DNA of 64,000 bases from Calditrichales bacterium (GTDB lineage Bacteria > Calditrichota > Calditrichia > Calditrichales > J004): NCBI GenBank assembly GCA_965267575.1, contig OZ254086.1, positions 928,001 to 992,000 of the forward strand. The letters run 5' to 3'. A program made the translations under genes and the position numbers. The notes under the pieces are model-generated. The model worked only from the letters and a program-made list of their open reading frames with translations. It made no database searches and had not been told where the DNA came from. How positions within the stretch are numbered: position 1 is the first letter of the stretch; each line of letters opens with the position of its first letter. This document shows positions 58,071-64,000 of this stretch, one piece after another.

Positions 58071-59831
58071 TCAGCGTAACAGCATCATTTTTACGCTGTG
58101 CGTTTCTCTTTCAGCCATAACGCTGAAAAAGTAGATGCCGGAAGACAGGCTGCTTCCGTCCAGCGTCCAGGTCTGTTTCCCGGCCGGGAGCGGGCCGTCG
58201 TGCAGCAGGCTTACAACCTGTCCTTTGATATTCGTGATCCGCGCAGTTACCTGCTGGTTTGTGGGGTTAATAAAATTCAGCCTGGCAGACGGATTAAACG
58301 GATTTGGATATACGGACATCTCAAAATCCAGGGGAAGATTGCCCTGCGCTTCCGGCAGGTCACTGACTATCCGCTCCAGTTCAATGCCGCTCACCGTGGC
58401 CACGCCCGTTTCTGCTACAAAAGCAAGCGTAAGCCGATTGTCTTTCACCTGAACGCCGCTCAGTGTTTTGGTTAGGGCGCTTTTGCTGCCTGCTTCCGCA
58501 ACTATATCCAGATCGTCCAGGTACAGATTGTTTTCCGCATAGACGTCAAAAACACGCTGTCCGCTGTTGCTGTATTGGTTTTCGCTGAACAGCAGCTTTA
58601 CGTTGTAGCTGCCATTTGGCAGGCGGACATCATAAAACCCGATACCGCGCACTTCGCTGGCAAAAACGGCATCATTGTCCGTGTTGGCAATCGCGATGCT
58701 TTGCTCTACGGCCGTACCCCCGCCATAACCGAACGCTTTTGTATAACGCCACTCCTGGTCGGCCGCATAGGCGCCCTCACTGCTGCCGCCGACATTAACA
58801 AAAAAAGATTCCTGCGGCGCGCTGGCCACAACAACGTTGGCCAGTTCAATCACGTTACCGGCGTCGTCGGCAACATTCAAAACAATAAGATTGTAATTGA
58901 TTTCGGGATCGCGCCCGCTGGTATAAACACGGGCATCGGGGCCGTTAACTTCCACGGATTCGACAGTGAGACCGGGAATAAGATAATTGGAAGGTTGCTG
59001 CGCTGTTGCCGGGTCCAGCACATCTGAAAAGCGCACATGGATTGTATCCCCGATAAAGAAAGCGCCATGCACCCATGGTTTGGAAACATCCGCATCTTCA
59101 ATGGGCGCGCCGCTGTAGCCCGTTGGTGACGGTTTGGTCAGGCACAAAATCATATAGCCATCGTGGAAAACAACATTGTCCTGGATGAAATCGGCATTGT
59201 TTCCGTCAAAAGTATGGGTAGCTTTTTGCCAGCGCACAGCGTCAAAACTGTCAAAATTATCTTCCCACAAAAGGGTGAAATTATCATTCTCACCGGGGCT
59301 GTAGCGGTAATAGCGAATCCAGTCATAAAAAGCGTAAAGCGGCAGATTGTCGGGATCCAGCGTTCCGGCCCAATCGGGATAAAGCGGAGGCCATACGTTC
59401 ATCATAATTTTCTGGGCGCGGTCCAGGGTAAGCACATGCGTGCCGGTCTGGCGATAGACCTCTGCCCCGTCGATGGACCAGGCGATATAGTGCGGCGTCC
59501 ATTCAATGGCATATTCGTGGAAGTCGGCATGCGGATTGTAAGGCACGACATGGCGCTCAACGTGGTCAACGCGCCCCGGTGTAATGGCATTGAACTGCAC
59601 CTCGTTGGTGTAGCGACCCATGATCTCTATGTCCAGTTCATTCCAGCTGTTGGCGCCGGTGTTTTCGTGGTAGGTAAACAGCGAGGAAAGCATGCCTGAT
59701 GCCTGTGCAGACTTCATACGTACTTCGATGCGGCCATAGGTATAGGCGGCTTTTGTGCGGTATTCGGCACCGCGATAGTCCTTCGCCATTAAAACAGCCG
59801 TCATTACTAAAACAATCAATAAATATTTCAT
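58071..59831 (-). CDS. GH16 (ELDIE) + Ig-like + malectin + T9SS-type CTD; paralog of 43291-45096
   Basis: KDYRGAEYRT, WNELDIEIMG, IEWTP; FSE..RVFDV; YPNPFNP...KMMLLR. Confidence 0.9.
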   Translation of the reverse strand: MKYLLIVLVMTAVLMAKDYRGAEYRTKAAYTYGRIEVRMKSAQASGMLSSLFTYHENTGANSWNELDIEIMGRYTNEVQFNAITPGRVDHVERHVVPYNPHADFHEYAIEWTPHYIAWSIDGAEVYRQTGTHVLTLDRAQKIMMNVWPPLYPDWAGTLDPDNLPLYAFYDWIRYYRYSPGENDNFTLLWEDNFDSFDAVRWQKATHTFDGNNADFIQDNVVFHDGYMILCLTKPSPTGYSGAPIEDADVSKPWVHGAFFIGDTIHVRFSDVLDPATAQQPSNYLIPGLTVESVEVNGPDARVYTSGRDPEINYNLIVLNVADDAGNVIELANVVVASAPQESFFVNVGGSSEGAYAADQEWRYTKAFGYGGGTAVEQSIAIANTDNDAVFASEVRGIGFYDVRLPNGSYNVKLLFSENQYSNSGQRVFDVYAENNLYLDDLDIVAEAGSKSALTKTLSGVQVKDNRLTLAFVAETGVATVSGIELERIVSDLPEAQGNLPLDFEMSVYPNPFNPSARLNFINPTNQQVTARITNIKGQVVSLLHDGPLPAGKQTWTLDGSSLSSGIYFFSVMAERETHSVKMMLLR

Positions 59832-61411
59832 TGCGCATTCACCTCGAAATAGTTGTAGTTGGCGCCACCGGCTTCAACCATCAGGCGCAGGACCTGCTCG
59901 CCCTGCTCCAGGCTGAATGTCTTTGTCGTCACATTCTGCCAGTTCTGCCAGCCGCCGCTGGAGGGAATGTCAACCAGCCCGGTGAGGTCATTGTTCCCGC
60001 TGTAAAAGCGAAATTGAGCGCCGCTTTGGTTGGCCGCGCAACGAACGGTTATACTGTAGGAACCGCTTTGCGGCACATCAATGGTGTATTCCAGCCACTC
60101 GCCGTTTTCGGCCCAACCCACATTGTAGCCACCGCCGGCATCACTGCAGCGTTCGATATCCACGCCTTCATCGCTGCGGAAGGCACCGCCTGTGTTGCTT
60201 AGCGGTGTTGTATCGAAATAGGCCACGTTTTGCCCGCCGAGATCGTAGGCTTCACACTGCACGCGTCCCGGCACCTCAAACGGTTCACCGTTGTAGGGCG
60301 TCTGTTCGCAGCCGCTGCCCACCGTCAGATTCAGGATATCGGAAACCTGCGCCATGCCGTTTTTGTCGGTCGCCCGGGCACGCACCATAAGACAGCCTTG
60401 CGGCACGTCGTTCCAGGTGTAACGGAAGGGCGCGCTGTTCACTGTGGCAATCTTCCTGGCGCCGTTAAAAAAAGCCACTTCGCTGATATTCGCGTTATGT
60501 TCAACCGTCGCCTCCAGCGTGACAGGCACACCGGCCTCATAAGTATCGCCGTCCTTTGCTTCCAGCGTTATCTGCGGTCGTTCACCGGCGCGTTCATACA
60601 CCCGCACATAATCGATGTACATGCGTTGCGGAAATTGTGTCGTTTCATCAGGGTAGCCCGGCCAGTTTCCGCCAACGGCCACGTTCAGCAAAATGTGGAA
60701 GCGCTTGTCAAACGGCGCCGGCCAGGGCGCACTGTTGCTGTACCATTCATCCTGCGTGGCATACAGCTCACCATCCACGTACCAGCGCATTTCGCCTGGT
60801 TCCCACTCCAATGCAAACAGGTGATATTCATCCGCGAAACGACCATTATCCAAAGAAAAACTGGTGCCTGTATGCACATTTCCCGGCCAGCTGTCACCGT
60901 AATGCAGCGTTCCGTGAACGGTCGACGGTTCATGTCCGACCAACTCCATGATGTCGATTTCGCCGCTGGCAGCCCAGCCGCCATATTCCCAGTCCGTGGG
61001 CAACATCCATATCGCCGGCCAAATGCCCTGTCCGAAAGGCAGTTTGGCGCGAATCTCAAAGCGTCCGTAAAGCCAGTCGCCTTTGTTTTTAGTGGTCATC
61101 CTGGCCGAGGTATATTCGGAGCCTTCATAATTTTCTTTCCGCGCTTCAATTACCAGAACACTATCCAGTATGTAGGCGTTTTGCGAACGTGCGGTATAGT
61201 TTTGCCATTCGTTGTTACCCCACCCGCTGGCGCCCAGCTCAAAGTTCCAGCGTGAACCATCAACGGCCTCTCCGTTGAACTCGTCCTGCCAGACCAGTTT
61301 CCAATCGCCGTCCTGCCCGGAATCGTTATTTTCCGGTTGCGCGGGATTGGAACAGCTAAAGGAGGTATTCACCAGCAGCAATATGATCAGAAGATTTTTA
61401 TAAACAGACAT
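59828..61411 (-). CDS. GH16 laminarinase-type (EIDIME) lipoprotein + Ig-like + CBM6
   Basis: WQDEF, GWGNNEWQ, GIWPAIWML, GEIDIMELVG, NVAVGGNWPG; GGWQNW; likely start MSVYKN at 61411. Confidence 0.92.
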   Translation of the reverse strand: MSVYKNLLIILLLVNTSFSCSNPAQPENNDSGQDGDWKLVWQDEFNGEAVDGSRWNFELGASGWGNNEWQNYTARSQNAYILDSVLVIEARKENYEGSEYTSARMTTKNKGDWLYGRFEIRAKLPFGQGIWPAIWMLPTDWEYGGWAASGEIDIMELVGHEPSTVHGTLHYGDSWPGNVHTGTSFSLDNGRFADEYHLFALEWEPGEMRWYVDGELYATQDEWYSNSAPWPAPFDKRFHILLNVAVGGNWPGYPDETTQFPQRMYIDYVRVYERAGERPQITLEAKDGDTYEAGVPVTLEATVEHNANISEVAFFNGARKIATVNSAPFRYTWNDVPQGCLMVRARATDKNGMAQVSDILNLTVGSGCEQTPYNGEPFEVPGRVQCEAYDLGGQNVAYFDTTPLSNTGGAFRSDEGVDIERCSDAGGGYNVGWAENGEWLEYTIDVPQSGSYSITVRCAANQSGAQFRFYSGNNDLTGLVDIPSSGGWQNWQNVTTKTFSLEQGEQVLRLMVEAGGANYNYFEVNAQ

Positions 61412-61448
61412 GACGGCACCTTTTGCTAAATAGAATCTTTTTATATAA

Positions 61449-61463
61449 ACAAGAGGCATGCCA
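61449..61463 (-). promoter_or_regulatory. Sigma54 -24/-12 promoter (variant -12)
   Basis: TGGCATG-CCTC-TTGT, 38 bp upstream of the 61411 start. Confidence 0.7.
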
Positions 61464-61527
61464 TCAGCGAAAGCAGCGCGGGGCAGCGGATATCTAAGGA
61501 CGGACACAAACAATCATCACACTAATT

Positions 61528-61563
61528 CTTATCAAATTGATAAGCAGTTTATCAATATAATAA
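61528..61563. promoter_or_regulatory. Tandem palindromic enhancer (UAS) TTATCA-N3-TGATAA x2
   Basis: CTTATCAAATTGATAAG (61528) and TTATCAATATAATAA (61549). Confidence 0.75.
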
Positions 61564-63009
61564 CTATTTAAGACCGAGTTCCTTGCACATACGGTAAAAA
61601 TTGGGTGGGGCCAAACCAAGGGTTTGCGCGGCTTCGGCGTCGGAATTGCTTTTGGAACGAACAAAGCTGAAATACTCGGCGCGCATTTCCCGCTCCAGCT
61701 TGCGCCACTCTTTAACTTCATCCAGCTCAAAGCGCCACAGGCCTTTGCCGCGCCGGCGCATGGTATTGCCCAGAGCGTTTTGCACGTCCGCCGGGTTGAT
61801 GTCGCCGTCACTCAGAACCAGGATGCGCTGCAATACATTCTGCAACTGACGCACATTGCCGGGCCAGTCAAATTCCTGCAGAGCTTGCAACGCCTTTTTT
61901 TCTACATTCGGCTTGTCCAGTTTCATCTTATCGCACATGCGTTCCAGGAAGTAGTCCACCAGTTCGGGAATGTCACCGCGCCTTTCAACCAGATCCGGCA
62001 CGCGCAGGGTAACCACGTTCAAACGGTAGTAAAGATCTTCACGGAACATCTTATCCTGCACAGCCTCCAAAAGATTTTTATTGGTGGCGGCTATAATGCG
62101 CACATCCACCTGCACCTTCTCCGTGCGGCCAATCTTATCGATTTCACCTTCCTGCAAAACACGCAATAGCTTGGCCTGCGCCGACGCCGGTAATTCCGCG
62201 ACTTCATCCAGGAATAGCGTACCTTTGTGCGCGATTTCAAACAGGCCTTTTTTGTGGGTACTGGCACCTGTAAAGGCGCCTTTCTCAAAACCAAACAGCT
62301 CGCTTTCGATCAACTCGCTGGGCAGGCTGCCGCAGTTTATGGCAACAAATTTTTCCGTGCGCCGGTTGCTGCTGTAGTGCAGATGGTTGGCCACCAGTTC
62401 CTTGCCCGTTCCGGAGTTCCCAAAAATCAGAACGGTCGGCTCCTGGCGGCTCAGCTTTTCAATCTGCGAGCGCAAATTCTCCATGGCCGGCGATTCACCG
62501 ATGATACGTTTTTCTTCCAGCAGATCGTCGATGGTGCGTTTTAACTTGCGCTCCGAAAGGTATTGCTCTTTTGCCAGCTTTTTCTTTTCGTAAGCGTTAA
62601 AGATGCTCAGGATAAAATCGGTGGGCTGATAAATATAATCCTCGATATCGCCGGGATACTTGGTACAATACCACATGGCACCGGCCTCAATCAGGCGGTT
62701 GGCAAATTCAAAATCACCCACGTTGATGGTCATTTTCGTGATCACGATGATCTGCAGAAAACGGTCGATGTTTTTTATTTCGCGTATCAGCTTTTCCCCG
62801 CTGATGCCCCCTACTATCTGGTAATCCATTATCACCACATCAAAACCATCGCGGTCATTTTGCAGGTGCTCCAGAGCTGTCTGACCGTCGGCGGCCATGG
62901 CCTTTATGCGGATGCGGTCTTCAAAAGGCTCCAGGGTCCGTTGAACGCGTTTGGCGTCGTATTCTTCGTCTTCAATCAGCAGGAGATTTATTGTCTTGGG
63001 AAAAAGCAT
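61564..63009 (-). CDS. Sigma54-dependent response regulator (REC-AAA+-HTH, NtrC family)
   Basis: IEDE..MDYQ; GNSGTGKE, GAFTGA, LFLDEV, FREDLYYRL, WPGNVRQL, C-terminal HTH. Confidence 0.95.
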   Translation of the reverse strand: MLFPKTINLLLIEDEEYDAKRVQRTLEPFEDRIRIKAMAADGQTALEHLQNDRDGFDVVIMDYQIVGGISGEKLIREIKNIDRFLQIIVITKMTINVGDFEFANRLIEAGAMWYCTKYPGDIEDYIYQPTDFILSIFNAYEKKKLAKEQYLSERKLKRTIDDLLEEKRIIGESPAMENLRSQIEKLSRQEPTVLIFGNSGTGKELVANHLHYSSNRRTEKFVAINCGSLPSELIESELFGFEKGAFTGASTHKKGLFEIAHKGTLFLDEVAELPASAQAKLLRVLQEGEIDKIGRTEKVQVDVRIIAATNKNLLEAVQDKMFREDLYYRLNVVTLRVPDLVERRGDIPELVDYFLERMCDKMKLDKPNVEKKALQALQEFDWPGNVRQLQNVLQRILVLSDGDINPADVQNALGNTMRRRGKGLWRFELDEVKEWRKLEREMRAEYFSFVRSKSNSDAEAAQTLGLAPPNFYRMCKELGLK

Positions 63010-63998
63010 TACTTCTCGTTCCGTTTAGGATTTATGTCAATTGTAAAGCGGCAGCCCTTGCCTTGCAGGTTTTCTGCATCAATGCGCCAGCCGCAGCGCT
63101 TGGCGATTTCAAAGGAAAGATAGCAGCCATAGCCGGAATTGCGGCTGTTGGTTTTGGTGGAAATATTTTCCTGGAATATCTTTTTAACACCAAATTCATC
63201 TTCTTCCAGCAGTTCGGGATTAATGCCTTTGCCATTGTCCTCAATCGCGATAACCGTTTGCTCATTGGCGATTGTCTTAACGGTTATAACCGTGTCTTCT
63301 GCGGCGGCGTGGTCTAAACTGTTCTGGAGCAGGGGTTCAATAACTTCCCAAACCACAAATTCGTTCACCTGTACCACCGGAAAATTTTCATCCAGCTCAA
63401 GCTCGAAGCGCAGACGCTCCACATTTCCGGAGAGTCGCATAAAAATGTTATCCACAATAAAGCGGATCACCTCATTGATATTGGTTTTAAAAAGCGGATT
63501 GCGGATGGTGTGCACGGGCGGATCGTACCATTTCATATCATAAATTACGCGTGATATAAAATTAGCGTACTTTCCAACGCGGTATCGCACGTCATCAATG
63601 TTGGACTGCTCCAGCCGCTTCAGGTCCTCCTTGATAAAGCCCATTACTTTTTCTGCTTTATGGTGCGTGTGATAAATACGCTTGGTAAACATAGATTCTT
63701 TCTCGTGGGTAATGTGCTCGCGCAGATAGTGTTCACGTTCGCGGAACAATGCCTGCTGGGCTTCGTCGCGTTCGCGGATGGTATAGGTGGAAATATAAAA
63801 CATGCCCAGCAAACCAAATACGATCAGCGCGGTGAAAACCAGCGTGGTTTCGTTGTAGCTTGTATTTACCTGCTGCGTGAGAAAGGAAAAGTCCGGCTGG
63901 ATACGCACGTACACGGCCCCGGAAAACTCGCCGTTGGGCACCAATGGCACAAACACATGAAACTGTTCATCTTCACCGGAAAAGGTGTAGATACGTTC
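63009..63998 (-). CDS. Partial membrane sensor histidine kinase with atypical H-box
   Basis: Frame is open to the window end; TM helix, YHTHHKAEK, QNSLDH, EDNGKG, GYGCY. Confidence 0.8.
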   Translation of the reverse strand, partial: ERIYTFSGEDEQFHVFVPLVPNGEFSGAVYVRIQPDFSFLTQQVNTSYNETTLVFTALIVFGLLGMFYISTYTIRERDEAQQALFREREHYLREHITHEKESMFTKRIYHTHHKAEKVMGFIKEDLKRLEQSNIDDVRYRVGKYANFISRVIYDMKWYDPPVHTIRNPLFKTNINEVIRFIVDNIFMRLSGNVERLRFELELDENFPVVQVNEFVVWEVIEPLLQNSLDHAAAEDTVITVKTIANEQTVIAIEDNGKGINPELLEEDEFGVKKIFQENISTKTNSRNSGYGCYLSFEIAKRCGWRIDAENLQGKGCRFTIDINPKRNEK

Positions 63999-64000
63999 GT

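Overview
Bacterial chromosome segment. Many proteins carry T9SS-type C-terminal sorting domains, there is a PorV-like gene, and no SusD homolog is visible; I infer an FCB-superphylum, non-Bacteroides lineage such as Calditrichota or KSB1 (not verified). Four blocks. (1) 1-13.6 kb: housekeeping/accessory genes (carbamoyltransferase + SxtJ-like, YhhQ, PIN toxin-antitoxin pair, Bcp, GDSL, L,D-transpeptidase, NAGPA-like, cytochrome c, hydrolases, RmuC, GAF/HD-GYP) with several intergenic palindromic repeats. (2) tRNA-Asp followed by an AT-rich ~7.2 kb islet (hybrid two-component system, secreted beta-propeller protein, decayed paralog). The islet lies between two degenerate direct repeats made of a terminator plus a tRNA-Asp-derived remnant whose anticodon arm is replaced by a palindrome. 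(3) 21.7-32.8 kb: eight-gene two-component signalling cluster. (4) 32.9-64 kb: ~31 kb minus-strand beta-glucan utilisation locus (3x GH16, 2x GH5, GH3, two SLC5 symporters, CotH kinase). It is built around a SusD-less module (CBM protein - TonB receptor - large variant-CTD protein - PorV-like - SurA/PPIase-like lipoprotein) and appears to be driven by a sigma54 activator through two -24/-12 promoters, each with a tandem palindromic enhancer. All assignments come from motifs read by eye; no searches were run.
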